From assembly GCA_041750655.1 (NCBI GenBank), contig JBGSYZ010000013.1, forward strand, positions 4,769 to 68,768: a stretch of 64,000 bases of DNA, written 5' to 3'. The first letter of the stretch is position 1. Each line of letters begins with the position of its first letter. The DNA comes from Minisyncoccia bacterium (GTDB taxonomy: Bacteria; Patescibacteriota; Minisyncoccia; Phycocordibacterales; UBA918). A program made the translations under genes and the position numbers. Of the stretch, positions 36,912 through 47,147 are shown piece by piece. The notes beneath the pieces were generated by a model. The model was given only the letters and a program-made list of their open reading frames with translations, was not told the origin of the DNA and searched no databases.

Positions 36912-37523
36912 CTATCGACTGTAGTATTCCAGTACTTGCTCTGGGTCAAACATCGATTCAGTTGGGTCGTGTGCTGGGGCACTCGCGACTGTTCCAGTCA
37001 TGCTCTTTAAATCAAACTTCAACCAACCTGGTACTGCTTGCGGGGCATGTTCTTCACCAATGTTGATTAGAAGACCAATCTGCTTACTTCCTTCTCGTAC
37101 AGAAATCTCGTCACCTTGTCGTACTTTATGTGATGGAGAAGTAATTTTCTTTCCGTTTACCACCACGTGTCCATGAGAAACCATTTGGCGTGATTGCTGG
37201 CGGCTTTTAGCAATTCCCATTCTGAACACAACGTTATCCAGTCGTGATTCAAGACGTTCCATCAAATGAGCGATTGGTTGTTGGCTTTTTAAGATAGCCT
37301 CATCTACATAGCGTCGAAGATGCTTTTCAGAAATACCGTACGTGTATCGCATCTTTTGTTTCTCAATTAACTGACGATTGTAGTCAGACATATTACCGCG
37401 ACGCTTTTTAAGGCGACCAGTTTTTGCTTCAGATAAAGCAAACTTGGCAGTTTGAGTTTTCGGGAAGATCGGTGCTCCCAGACGTTTTGCTATTTTAAAT
37501 TTAGGTCCTATTTTCATACGCAA
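36912..37523 (-). CDS. rpsD: 30S ribosomal protein S4
   Basis: S4 domain with S4 RNA-binding C-terminus; operon context. Confidence 0.9.
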   Translation of the reverse strand: MRMKIGPKFKIAKRLGAPIFPKTQTAKFALSEAKTGRLKKRRGNMSDYNRQLIEKQKMRYTYGISEKHLRRYVDEAILKSQQPIAHLMERLESRLDNVVFRMGIAKSRQQSRQMVSHGHVVVNGKKITSPSHKVRQGDEISVREGSKQIGLLINIGEEHAPQAVPGWLKFDLKSMTGTVASAPAHDPTESMFDPEQVLEYYSR

Positions 37524-37529
37524 ATAATA

Positions 37530-37961
37530 TTAAACACGGCGAGCTTTAGGTGGCTTCGGACCATTATGAGCAATCGGTGTGCGGTCAGTAATCTTTGAGA
37601 TAGTAATTCCTTTTCCAGCAAACGCGCGTAAGGCACTTTCTCGACCAGCACCAGCCCCTTTGATGATTACATTAGCTTCCTTCATACCCATCTGTTGGGC
37701 TTTTTCACCGATGATTTCACCTACCTTTGCTGCTGCAAACGGTGTACTCTTGCGAGACCCTTTGAAACCAACAGCGCCTGAAGAAGCAGCAATGATTGAA
37801 TTACCCTTTGAATCTGAAAGAGTAACAATTGTGTTATTGAAAGTAGCGAGAATATTCAAAGTTCCGACGGCTACTTTTTTCTTAGGGATACGGTTAAGAG
37901 CGCTTGAAGTTCCCGCTACATCTGATCCGCCACCTTTTTTCATGATTCTTTTCTTACCCAT
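37530..37961 (-). CDS. rpsK: 30S ribosomal protein S11
   Basis: …GSRKSTPFAAAKVGEIIGEKAQQMGMKEANVIIKGAGAGRESALRAFAGKGITI…. Confidence 0.9.
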   Translation of the reverse strand: MGKKRIMKKGGGSDVAGTSSALNRIPKKKVAVGTLNILATFNNTIVTLSDSKGNSIIAASSGAVGFKGSRKSTPFAAAKVGEIIGEKAQQMGMKEANVIIKGAGAGRESALRAFAGKGITISKITDRTPIAHNGPKPPKARRV

Positions 37962-37987
37962 AGGTCAATCTGGTGTTACTAATTATT

Positions 37988-38365
37988 TTAAGTCTTTTCA
38001 AGCTTACGACGTCCTGAACCCATAGTCTTTTTAGCTCCTTTAAGAGTTCGAGCATTAGTCTTGGTTCGTTGTCCGCGAGCTGGCAAACGTTTAGCGTGTC
38101 GTGAACCTCGGTAGCTTCCAGTATCCTTTAGTCGCTTAATGTGTCCTGATACTTCACGCTTTAGTTCTCCTTCAATGGTAAAAGATTCAATTTTTTCACG
38201 AATAGCATTTTCTTGTTCAGTAGTTAAATCAGTTGGTTTCGTGAACTCGGCAATTTTTAATTCATTTAAAATAGCTTGTGCTCGAGCACGACCAATACCG
38301 TATACAGCGGTGAGTCCGAATTCTAAGTGTTTTTCGTCTGGGATTGTGATACCTGATACTCTCAT
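37988..38365 (-). CDS. rpsM: 30S ribosomal protein S13
   Basis: MRVSGITIPDEKHLEFGLTAVYGIGRARAQAIL… and basic C-terminal tail. Confidence 0.9.
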   Translation of the reverse strand: MRVSGITIPDEKHLEFGLTAVYGIGRARAQAILNELKIAEFTKPTDLTTEQENAIREKIESFTIEGELKREVSGHIKRLKDTGSYRGSRHAKRLPARGQRTKTNARTLKGAKKTMGSGRRKLEKT

Positions 38366-38368
38366 ATA

Positions 38369-38488
38369 TTAGCCTTGGCGCATTTTACGACGTGGTTCTT
38401 TTTTATTAATAAGATACACACGACCTTTTCGTCGCACAATCTTATCACCTTTCGTCTTATTAGCTTTTACTGAACTTCGAACTTTCAT
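38369..38488 (-). CDS. rpmJ: 50S ribosomal protein L36 (39 aa, cysteine-free variant); not in the ORF track
   Basis: Manual translation [39 protein letters not shown]; sits between rpsM and infA as expected. Confidence 0.8.
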   Translation of the reverse strand: MKVRSSVKANKTKGDKIVRRKGRVYLINKKEPRRKMRQG

Positions 38489-38522
38489 GTGTTAAATAAA
38501 TTAGACTTGTCTGTACTAATAG

Positions 38523-38747
38523 TTAGCCTCGCTTAATGATTCTCCCCTTTCCGCCATATGGTTCAGGAACAATAGTTACTCTGTCCCCAACTAAAACTCG
38601 GATTCTAAACTTCCGCATCTTACCGGATAAATATGCTAAAGAAGTTTCGGTCTCACCATCAAGCAATACGCGAAAAAGCGCGTTAGGAAGCGCTTCCTCA
38701 ACTACGCCGTAGACGAGGTCTTTGTTATCTGATTCATCTGACATCAA
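38523..38747 (-). CDS. infA: translation initiation factor IF-1
   Basis: S1-like OB fold; …[40 protein letters not shown]. Confidence 0.9.
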   Translation of the reverse strand: MMSDESDNKDLVYGVVEEALPNALFRVLLDGETETSLAYLSGKMRKFRIRVLVGDRVTIVPEPYGGKGRIIKRG

Positions 38748-38808
38748 ACGTGCACGAGTTTAACAAATGAATTGAAAAGAGTCAACAGTGTTTCCCACAT
38801 ATGCAGAA

Positions 38809-40221
38809 TTATTCAAGACTTTCAGTTACGGTAATCTCCCTCATCTCACGTGGGAAGCTGGTTTTCCAAAATGGTCGCACTACAGCCTCGGCACTTTCTA
38901 TGGCTGGGTATTTGCCTAGAATTTGTGAAATAGCCGTCTTTTCAACCCCGAGTAAATCAGCTTTTAGCTCATTTTCATTGAACTGCCAGACAATCTGAAC
39001 ATTACCTGTAAGTGAAAAACTAAGTTCACTTTCTGCGCTTATGTCAGAAATAGTAGTGGTTGGTGAAGTGTATGCAAAAGTCAGAGCATTATAATCAGTC
39101 AGTCGAACTGGCAAGCCTTCATACCCAGGCACGCTTTTTTCTGCTAAGAACTTAGCTAGATCTGCTTCCTTGAATAATGGCACACGAAGCACTCCTTGTT
39201 CTTTGATAGTAGCCAAATTATCTCCATAGGCTACTGCTGGAAGAGAATTAAAACTAAAAGTAACAGCATCTTTGTATAAAACAAAGCCAGCTGGTCGTTC
39301 AGTTTCAAGCCGAGCTAATAAAGCATCGCGAAGTTCGGTGTGTAAACCTTGTCTGGCAGTTTCCAATTCAGCATCATCAATAATAAACTTTTGACCTGAA
39401 AAACCACCATTCATGCTACCTGTTGATTCACCATAGACTTTGTCGTATTCAGCTGACCCTTCAAAGCCAGGAATGGTAAAGCGCGAAGGGCCAATGTTGT
39501 ATTTTTCACCAGCAGCTTCGGCGAATACATCAGCTGTAATTACACCTGGTACAATGGAATTACCGTCACCTTTGCTATACCCCGGTACAACTGCTGACTC
39601 TTTTATTTTATATATCAAACCATCTGGGGACCTAAAACGGGTGTTTTTTACCAAACGAACTGGGTTTGGACTAAATTCGTTATAAACCAAAATTGTCCCT
39701 TGTGCTTGTTGAGTAACTTCCTCTTGACCCGAAGCTTCTACTTGTCGTTCACCGTCTGCCTCTAGTGTAAGAAGTTCATACAACAATGTGTCTTGTTTGG
39801 CGACTACAGAGCCAGTAAAAGTGGCAGCGATATTTTTTTCAGTATGTCGAGGTTTAACAGTTATATCAGCCCCACCCATTAAGGCACTAGCGACCACACC
39901 ACCCAAAACAACAAACACAAAAACAATCCCCGCTATCACATACGAAGATTGGCGAGATTTTCTACCATCTACTATCTCAATAGTGTCAAAATGTGTATCT
40001 TCGGCTTGTGAGTCTGTTTTCGGCTCTCTAACAGGTCTTCTCTGCATTCGTTCACGCAACGAGTTATGTTCTACGCTGTTATCTCTTTTAATTTTAATAT
40101 CAGATACTGGCTCTTCAGCCTGTGGCTTCATTTCCACTTCTTCACTAACAGGACGAACTGGTTTCGCAGATTTGCGAGGCCGAGCTGGTTGAATGTCTTG
40201 TAAATTCCACTTTTGATTCAT
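38809..40221 (-). CDS. bitopic membrane protein: basic/acidic cytoplasmic N-tail, one TM, ~330-aa extracytoplasmic domain (hypothetical)
   Basis: TM IAGIVFVFVVLGGVVASALMGG at residues ~95-117; no catalytic motif recognised. Confidence 0.5.
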   Translation of the reverse strand: MNQKWNLQDIQPARPRKSAKPVRPVSEEVEMKPQAEEPVSDIKIKRDNSVEHNSLRERMQRRPVREPKTDSQAEDTHFDTIEIVDGRKSRQSSYVIAGIVFVFVVLGGVVASALMGGADITVKPRHTEKNIAATFTGSVVAKQDTLLYELLTLEADGERQVEASGQEEVTQQAQGTILVYNEFSPNPVRLVKNTRFRSPDGLIYKIKESAVVPGYSKGDGNSIVPGVITADVFAEAAGEKYNIGPSRFTIPGFEGSAEYDKVYGESTGSMNGGFSGQKFIIDDAELETARQGLHTELRDALLARLETERPAGFVLYKDAVTFSFNSLPAVAYGDNLATIKEQGVLRVPLFKEADLAKFLAEKSVPGYEGLPVRLTDYNALTFAYTSPTTTISDISAESELSFSLTGNVQIVWQFNENELKADLLGVEKTAISQILGKYPAIESAEAVVRPFWKTSFPREMREITVTESLE

Positions 40222-40245
40222 TTTATAAAGTATACCGTCATTTCA

Positions 40246-41424
40246 TTACTTGGCGAGCGTTCCCTGTTCATGAAGTGTATGAAAAACAAATGAAGACAGT
40301 AGTATAGCCGTATCTTCGGTCTCAGTTTCTGGGAATACTTTTTTAGTAATTGGAATAACAGTGTGTTCACCACCGGTTGCTCGATGTGAAGCTTTGGTTA
40401 TATATTTTTTAAAAAAAGTCTCCGTGTATCTATCAGTGTGTAGATATATGATTGATGGGACAGTTAACAGGTCCCCCATTGATTTTAAGAGATTGGCAAT
40501 TTCTTCTGTGTATTCTTCAAATACAGATTCAGCAACTATTTGTTGAGCGTCTGTTAGTTGCGGGGGATTATCCTGGAGTAAAGTTTTAACAGACCCAACT
40601 GGCATTTTAAGTTTTGCACTTAAAATTCTAATAATAGTTTGGGAGCCTATCAATGAATGAGCTACTTTGGTTAGTTCTTCGTTTCTCACAATTCCCACTT
40701 CAGTAGCTTCCCCTGTTATATCAATTAAAGTCATTTCTGAAGTTTCGGGAAAAATATCTCGAATAGCTGTGTAATATGTCAGTAAAAAAGTATTTAATAA
40801 TAAAGTGGCTTCAGGAAAAACTTCCTCAGCATGCTTTTTGATTGCTGCCACAATTTTTGATGAAGCAATGCCACTGGAATGAGAAATATATAGCTTATGT
40901 GTTTCTAGATTTCGCGGATCTTTAATCGTGTAGCCATTGGCAGTCATATGGAGTATTTGGTTGGTAATTATTTCTAGACCTTCACGTTTTAGAAATTCAG
41001 TAGTCTTAAGATTATCCATCGATTGCTTCTGGGCGTCTGCCACTAAATTACTTACCAATTTATCAGTGATTTTAAATATTTCTTTATTTTCATACTCGGT
41101 TTGCTGAGTAATTGTATGTGCCCAGGGAGCTGAAATTGAAACTTGAATGTATGAAATATGAGCACTGGGGTCATATTTTTTAAGAGCGGCTCCTCCGGTG
41201 CTGCCTAATACTAAGAATAATCTAAGTAACGCTTCCTCTATAAAACGAGTGGGGTTTTCTGTACTCGCATCTTTAATAACAGCCCATTCACGATGAGTGT
41301 ACAGGACCGGATTGGTTTTAGTGACTATATCTGAAGCTACAATTGAAGCCGCAACACTAGCTGAACCAATGTCTAAAATTATGGCGTATTTACCATCAGG
41401 ACCATGTTTACCTAAACCGAACAT
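40246..41424 (-). CDS. ASKHA-superfamily ATPase-fold protein (Ppx/GppA-like or actin/ParM-like)
   Basis: Phosphate-1 motif AIILDIGSASV near the N-terminus and phosphate-2-like LIDITGEATEVGIV. Confidence 0.4.
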   Translation of the reverse strand: MFGLGKHGPDGKYAIILDIGSASVAASIVASDIVTKTNPVLYTHREWAVIKDASTENPTRFIEEALLRLFLVLGSTGGAALKKYDPSAHISYIQVSISAPWAHTITQQTEYENKEIFKITDKLVSNLVADAQKQSMDNLKTTEFLKREGLEIITNQILHMTANGYTIKDPRNLETHKLYISHSSGIASSKIVAAIKKHAEEVFPEATLLLNTFLLTYYTAIRDIFPETSEMTLIDITGEATEVGIVRNEELTKVAHSLIGSQTIIRILSAKLKMPVGSVKTLLQDNPPQLTDAQQIVAESVFEEYTEEIANLLKSMGDLLTVPSIIYLHTDRYTETFFKKYITKASHRATGGEHTVIPITKKVFPETETEDTAILLSSFVFHTLHEQGTLAK

Positions 41425-41523
41425 TTGCCACTAGTATACCAGGTCGACTCATTATGTAGAGTACAGTTTCAGTAAACATTCGTGGATAGTATCAACAAAA
41501 ATACTGTTTACGCTACGCAAAAA

Positions 41524-43392
41524 CTATTCCAAAACTGCTTTAATACGTCGCACACCAGACGAAGATGATTCTTCTTTGATGATTTTGAAAGTACCGTGTA
41601 TGTCTTCAAGTTTTTCTACGTGTGGGCCACCACAAAGTTCTTTAGAGAAAACAGTGCCATCAGTACCAGTCATGGTATACACCTTCACTTCGTCAGGATA
41701 GCGATCCCAAAAACTACCTTCTATGGTTGGATCGTTTTCCGCTCTATCTTTAGCCATGGTTTCCATGGTGACCTTTCCGCCAATTTTTATAGCTTTGTTT
41801 ACAAAGTCTGCTACTTTTTTTAAAGTTTCTGGTTCCACTTTTACTGGATGGGTAAAGTCAAAACGCATTCGTTCGCCGGTAATGTTTGAACCCGCCTGGT
41901 GCACATGACTGCCAAGTTCTGTGCGTAGAGCGGCCAACATTAAATGTGTAGTAGTATGGTATTGAACTACTTTTTCCGAATGATCAGCCAAACCACCTTT
42001 AAATTTTTGTTCAGCTCCAGTTCGAGATTTTTCTTGGTGTTTTTTCATTTCGGCAGCAAAAGATTCTTCGTCAACTTTGATTCCTTTCTCTTTCGCCAGT
42101 TCTTTAGTTAGTTCAAATGGAAACCCATACGTAGTGAACAGAATAAAAGCATCTTCTCCGGTAATATCGTCTTTACTCAACTTTTCAAACTCCTTCATTC
42201 CTTTTTCAAGCGTTTTTCGGAATTGAACTTCTTCCCCTTCAATTGAATCAAGTATCTCGTTTTGTTTGTCCTCAAGGTACGAGTAATGGTTTTTGTAGAC
42301 GATAATAACTCCTTCAGATAACTCTTTAAAGCGGCCAGCCGGAACACCAATTTTGTCTGCGAAGCGCACTGCTCGGCGTAAAAGCCTTCTAACAAAATAA
42401 CCTTGCTCAGTATTACTTGGCAAAATACCGTCAGCCACCATAAACACTGCTCCACGAATATGGTCAGCAATAATGCGAAATTCTTCTGTGTGTTCAGCGT
42501 ATTTTTTACCAGATAAGGCTTCGATCTGAGCCACGACTCCCCCAATCAAATCAATTTTAAAAATATCAGGGTCATTATTGGCTGCGGCAGTAATACGTTC
42601 TAGTCCACCACCAAAATCAACGTTTTGGGCTGGTAACTTGGAAAATGAACCATCTTCTTCTTTTAGATACTCCATAAAAACAGAGTTACCTATTTCTAAA
42701 AACCTTCCACAGTCACAGTTTGGGTGACAATGCTCACCAAATTTTGAATCATGCGGTGTACCAAAATCATAGAATACTTCGCTGTCGGGGCCACCAATTT
42801 CACCAGCGGGCATATTTTCAGGTCTGCCAGAACGACTCCACCAGTTTTTGCTCGAGTCATAATAAAAAATTCGTTCGCCTGGCTTCATACCACGCTGTCC
42901 TCCTTGTGCTTCACTCCCCATTTCACCAACAGCATAGGAAATACCTTTGTCGTCAAATAATTTTTGCCATAGTCCAACTGACTCGTCATCACGAGGCACT
43001 CCTGCTTTCTCGTCACCCTGAAACACAGTTACATAAATACGTCCGGCATCGAGACCGACTTCTTCAGTTAAGAATTCAAAAAACCACGGCAGCTGTTCAC
43101 GTTTAAAATAATCACCAAGTGACCAGTTACCAAGCATTTCGAAAAAAGTTGTATGACGATTGTCTCCTACTTCGTCAATATCTTCTGCCCGGAAACACTT
43201 TTGAGAATCTGCCAAACGAGTACCTTTCGGGTGTGTTTCCCCCATTAGATATGGAATCAATGGCTGCATACCACTGCCGGTAAATAGTGTTGTTGGGTCA
43301 TTTTCTGGCACTAAGGCGGAGCTCGGAATAATAGCGTGACCTTGGGCCTCCATAAATTTCAAATACTTCTCTCTGATTTCATTTCCTGACAT
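41524..43392 (-). CDS. alaS: alanyl-tRNA synthetase, short form (622 aa; lacks the C-terminal C-Ala domain)
   Basis: N-terminal …GHAIIPSSALVPENDPTTLFTGSGMQP…; editing-domain HTTTHLMLAALRTELG. Confidence 0.85.
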   Translation of the reverse strand: MSGNEIREKYLKFMEAQGHAIIPSSALVPENDPTTLFTGSGMQPLIPYLMGETHPKGTRLADSQKCFRAEDIDEVGDNRHTTFFEMLGNWSLGDYFKREQLPWFFEFLTEEVGLDAGRIYVTVFQGDEKAGVPRDDESVGLWQKLFDDKGISYAVGEMGSEAQGGQRGMKPGERIFYYDSSKNWWSRSGRPENMPAGEIGGPDSEVFYDFGTPHDSKFGEHCHPNCDCGRFLEIGNSVFMEYLKEEDGSFSKLPAQNVDFGGGLERITAAANNDPDIFKIDLIGGVVAQIEALSGKKYAEHTEEFRIIADHIRGAVFMVADGILPSNTEQGYFVRRLLRRAVRFADKIGVPAGRFKELSEGVIIVYKNHYSYLEDKQNEILDSIEGEEVQFRKTLEKGMKEFEKLSKDDITGEDAFILFTTYGFPFELTKELAKEKGIKVDEESFAAEMKKHQEKSRTGAEQKFKGGLADHSEKVVQYHTTTHLMLAALRTELGSHVHQAGSNITGERMRFDFTHPVKVEPETLKKVADFVNKAIKIGGKVTMETMAKDRAENDPTIEGSFWDRYPDEVKVYTMTGTDGTVFSKELCGGPHVEKLEDIHGTFKIIKEESSSSGVRRIKAVLE

Positions 43393-43442
43393 AGTAGCAA
43401 AACTATACTAAATAAAAACTTTTTTAGCTATGTTTTAAATAC

Positions 43443-44498
43443 TTAAAATATTGGTTCCCGGTTGCCTTTTTTGAAAAAGAAACCTTCCAAAGAATACTTA
43501 TCGTAGCCGTAACAAAAGAATGCAATAGGAATACCAATCAAAATAATGTGCGGCCACACTGCTTCTCCAAAGTAAAATAAAGATAATGTCAGGAAAATAT
43601 TTATAACAACAGCTGTAAAACGAACTTCTAACCCTAAGATAAAGAAGATTCCAAGCAGTATTTCAATGATAGCTGCTCCAAAGACGATAAATTCTGGAGT
43701 AAAGCCGAAAACACTCACCAGGTTAAAGTCCTCTACTACAGCGATTGCTAACTGGTTGTGAAGGATTTTAGCGTAGACAGAAGCATAAATGAGTGAAGTA
43801 CCAAAGCCTATTCGTAGAAACAGAAAAGCAAACTCTCCATATTTATTAGCCAAATAATCCAGTCCTTGCGCACACCAACCCCAGATTGAGTGTTCGTGTG
43901 ATATAGAGAATTTATGACCACCGATGAGTATTAACACCAACATTTCTACAAAATAGTTCATATATGTGACCATGTACACGCCGTGGTAAATGATACCAAT
44001 TGCAAAAAAGAACAGACCAATCAATCCAGCAATCCGAGAGTATATACCCAGTATCATAGCTAGTCCTAGGGCTAAAAACGTTAACTGCACGAAAAAACTA
44101 AATGAACCGAACATTGTTTCAAAGGGTAGTTCAGGACCAAACATGGCCGCGTGGTACCCACAAGTAATAAACGCTAAGCCAGCGGTCACTCGGGCGATGA
44201 AGGGTGCAAAATGTTTAAGTTTCACTAAATTTGTATCAAATTTGTTTTCGAGCCTAATTGAAATAGAAATGATAAAGACACTAACAATCATAAAACCAAC
44301 TACGAGCCCCCAGATAATGGTCTCATTTATATTGGCTAAAAATATGTCGTAAAATGAAACTGGAGGTAAATGTTCTAACTCTCCAACTTTCTCAGGACTC
44401 AACACGTAAACTTCATGGGCACTGACTACAAAAGGCAGTACTAAAGTACCTACACAAAAAAATAAAAAATTTATAGTCCCTAAAATTCTTTTCAACAT
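43443..44498 (-). CDS. polytopic membrane protein with signal peptide (hypothetical)
   Basis: 351 aa, about 8 TM helices; 3-nt gap to the downstream reductase gene. Confidence 0.45.
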   Translation of the reverse strand: MLKRILGTINFLFFCVGTLVLPFVVSAHEVYVLSPEKVGELEHLPPVSFYDIFLANINETIIWGLVVGFMIVSVFIISISIRLENKFDTNLVKLKHFAPFIARVTAGLAFITCGYHAAMFGPELPFETMFGSFSFFVQLTFLALGLAMILGIYSRIAGLIGLFFFAIGIIYHGVYMVTYMNYFVEMLVLILIGGHKFSISHEHSIWGWCAQGLDYLANKYGEFAFLFLRIGFGTSLIYASVYAKILHNQLAIAVVEDFNLVSVFGFTPEFIVFGAAIIEILLGIFFILGLEVRFTAVVINIFLTLSLFYFGEAVWPHIILIGIPIAFFCYGYDKYSLEGFFFKKGNREPIF

Positions 44499-44501
44499 GC
44501 T

Positions 44502-45230
44502 TTAGTAGCCTTTAAATGGATCATTAATGATGCTGATAATACCAAGTTCTCGGAGATGTTTTTTAATAGCCGCTATCATGCCTGGTGAACCGGAAATAAA
44601 GTACATGGCAGAATTTGCGTAGCGATTAACCATATCTTCAATTTTAGCATTAACTTCATCAGGAGTGTTTACATAATGAATAGTAATCTGAGGGTGAGCG
44701 GCGAAACCATCAAATTCTTCCTTAAAAGCAAAGTAGTTATTCTTGCCCGCGTATATAAGTTCTAGTTCCGAATTTGTATTTATGTTATTGGCAATCTCAT
44801 AGGCAATAGCTCGAAATGGTGTTATCCCTACCCCACCAGCTATGCCGATAATTTTCTTACCATTTGTGTGGGTATGAAATTCTCCAAAAGGTCCATGCAT
44901 GACAATCGTGTCACCAAGTGAAAGTTCCTGTAATTTTTGTTTGAAGTCACTTGGTTTATCAGGAATAGTTGTAGTAATACGGATCTGTTTTTCAGCTGCT
45001 GAAGAAGCAATGGAAAAGGCTCGCCATTTTTTTCCAGTAATTTTTTTGTTTGGAAACGTAAAAACACTATGTTGGCCCGCTTTCCATGTAATTGGAGTTT
45101 TACTTTCAAAAATAAAAGAATGAGTTCCATTGCCTTCATCGTTGTGCTCTATAAAACTTACTCTGTGTTTAATTAGTAATCCCAAATAATCTATAGGGTG
45201 TAGAAGTGCTCTGAGAAAGAAATCTAGCAT
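44502..45230 (-). CDS. FNR-like oxidoreductase (FAD-binding + NAD(P)-binding domains)
   Basis: RAFSIASS (RxYS flavin motif) and GIAGGVGITPFRAI (NAD(P) GGxGxxP motif). Confidence 0.7.
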   Translation of the reverse strand: MLDFFLRALLHPIDYLGLLIKHRVSFIEHNDEGNGTHSFIFESKTPITWKAGQHSVFTFPNKKITGKKWRAFSIASSAAEKQIRITTTIPDKPSDFKQKLQELSLGDTIVMHGPFGEFHTHTNGKKIIGIAGGVGITPFRAIAYEIANNINTNSELELIYAGKNNYFAFKEEFDGFAAHPQITIHYVNTPDEVNAKIEDMVNRYANSAMYFISGSPGMIAAIKKHLRELGIISIINDPFKGY

Positions 45231-45260
45231 TTGAGTATTGTAGCACCCGCTTTCGTGAGC

Positions 45261-47147
45261 TTAAGCCTTATTTGTTAGTTTCTCTAACAGCTTTATTTCT
45301 TTTTCTTGTGTTTTGAGGCTTTCCATAAAGGTTTCAACCTTCGTGGTGTTTACGTCAGCATTTTTGAAAATAGTATCCACTGTGTCGCTGCCACCAGCGC
45401 ATAAAAATTCATCAATTTTTTCTATGTAGTCTGGTTCTTTTTTCAAACGCATCGCCATCAGGTTGCTGACCAAAAAACCATATGCATAGGTATACACATA
45501 AAATCCATATCGGATATGAGGAACGTAGACATAGCTATAGCCGTCTTTTTCAGTTACTTCCACAGCCTCTCCGAGGTAAGATTTTAGGTGTTTTTCCATC
45601 ATTTTGGCCAATTCTTCTTTGGTGGCCGCTCCTTCTGTACGGATATGATTATGCATCTCTAGTTCAAAATTAAAGAAGGCTATTTGGCGCTGGACTGTGG
45701 CAATATCACCAGAAATTTTATCGTGAAGAAACAATATTTTATCTTTGTCTGATAACTGGTCAAAGATTTTTTCTGAGACGAATTGTTCAAACAAAGTGCT
45801 AGCAGTCTCAGCAGTTGTTGTAGAAAAATCTTCATACAAGACAGACTGTTTTTTACTCCGCTCGGCATGAACAGCATGACCCATTTCGTGTGCCAAAGTT
45901 TCCAATGACTTGAAATTGTTTGTGTGATTAAGCATCACGTAGGTTGGGAGGCCGTGGGTACTGGCCATAAAAGCCCCACCACGCTTGCCTTTTTTAGGGT
46001 ATACATCGGTTTGACCTTCGGTGATAAGACGGTCAAAAATTTCACCATATTCTTTCTTAATACCATAAAAGGCATCTCGGCAAATTTTAACCGCTTCTGT
46101 AAATGATAGTGGTGACAGCTCTCCAATAGGATCGTATTTGTTTACATAGGGAATAGTTTTTTTGCCATGCAGTGTAGCTTTTATCTGGTAAAACTTTTTA
46201 CTAAGGCTGAAGCCTTTTCTAGATATAGCCGTCACGAGAGCCTCCACTGAAGCCTCATCGTTTTCATACCCCAGTACAGTGGCAGAATATGGTTTAGCGT
46301 ATCCCCTCAGTTCATCACTAACCTTTGAGTGCGTAACAATGGCCGTTAGTTCATGTTCGGCAAACTCAGAAATCTGTACCATCTCATTAAGAATTAAATC
46401 CCACAACACTTGTTTATCTGACCAGTTTTGGTGGTCGAGATTAACCAGAGCTTCATTAATTGAATATTTCTTTTTCTTAAAAGTGATATGACGGTTACCA
46501 ATAATTCTTTCAGTCGCTTCTTCCCACATTCCACAAGAAGTGGTACTCCGCAATGAAAGTATTTTCTCTTCAGGTTCAGTCAGATGATGTTTAGCTTTCT
46601 TAAAAATAAATTCAAGTGAATACCGATATTTTCGTAAAAGTGGGTCATTTAAAAACTTCTTTTGTTGATTTTTTGGTATGGTACCAATCTTTAAACTAAA
46701 AAAAGTCAGTTCATTTGAAAGTTTCGTAAAGCGTTCAGAAAAAATATTATTTTTTTTGTTTGCAACTGTATCTTTTGTGTCTAGTGTTGAACGAAAACCA
46801 AAATAACGGGAAATTTTACTAGCTTCGGTGAGGTGACATAACTTTTCGTACTCCTGGTACGCTAAAAATAATTTCTTGGCTGAGGCGGTAAAATCTTTAT
46901 GGCGATACTTTTTAGCAAAGGCCAAATATGCCTTCTCAATTTTTGCTGCATCTTTTTCTATCTGGGGGTCTTTTTCTGATTTATAATAGTGTTTTTCTAG
47001 GTTCCACTCGGTCTGAATCGTATCTAATTTTGGCAATTTCTGCGTTGGTGTATAGACAAATTTAGTAGTCTTCTTTTGTTTTTTTGACATCAGCAATAAA
47101 GTTCTTATATTCAGTAAATACGTTGTTGAATTCGGCCAGTATCTCAC
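45261..47147 (-). CDS. pepF: oligoendopeptidase F (M3B)
   Basis: Zinc motif LAHEMGHAVH; ~600 aa. The true start is probably the internal MSKKQKK… methionine. Confidence 0.85.
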   Translation of the reverse strand: MRYWPNSTTYLLNIRTLLLMSKKQKKTTKFVYTPTQKLPKLDTIQTEWNLEKHYYKSEKDPQIEKDAAKIEKAYLAFAKKYRHKDFTASAKKLFLAYQEYEKLCHLTEASKISRYFGFRSTLDTKDTVANKKNNIFSERFTKLSNELTFFSLKIGTIPKNQQKKFLNDPLLRKYRYSLEFIFKKAKHHLTEPEEKILSLRSTTSCGMWEEATERIIGNRHITFKKKKYSINEALVNLDHQNWSDKQVLWDLILNEMVQISEFAEHELTAIVTHSKVSDELRGYAKPYSATVLGYENDEASVEALVTAISRKGFSLSKKFYQIKATLHGKKTIPYVNKYDPIGELSPLSFTEAVKICRDAFYGIKKEYGEIFDRLITEGQTDVYPKKGKRGGAFMASTHGLPTYVMLNHTNNFKSLETLAHEMGHAVHAERSKKQSVLYEDFSTTTAETASTLFEQFVSEKIFDQLSDKDKILFLHDKISGDIATVQRQIAFFNFELEMHNHIRTEGAATKEELAKMMEKHLKSYLGEAVEVTEKDGYSYVYVPHIRYGFYVYTYAYGFLVSNLMAMRLKKEPDYIEKIDEFLCAGGSDTVDTIFKNADVNTTKVETFMESLKTQEKEIKLLEKLTNKA

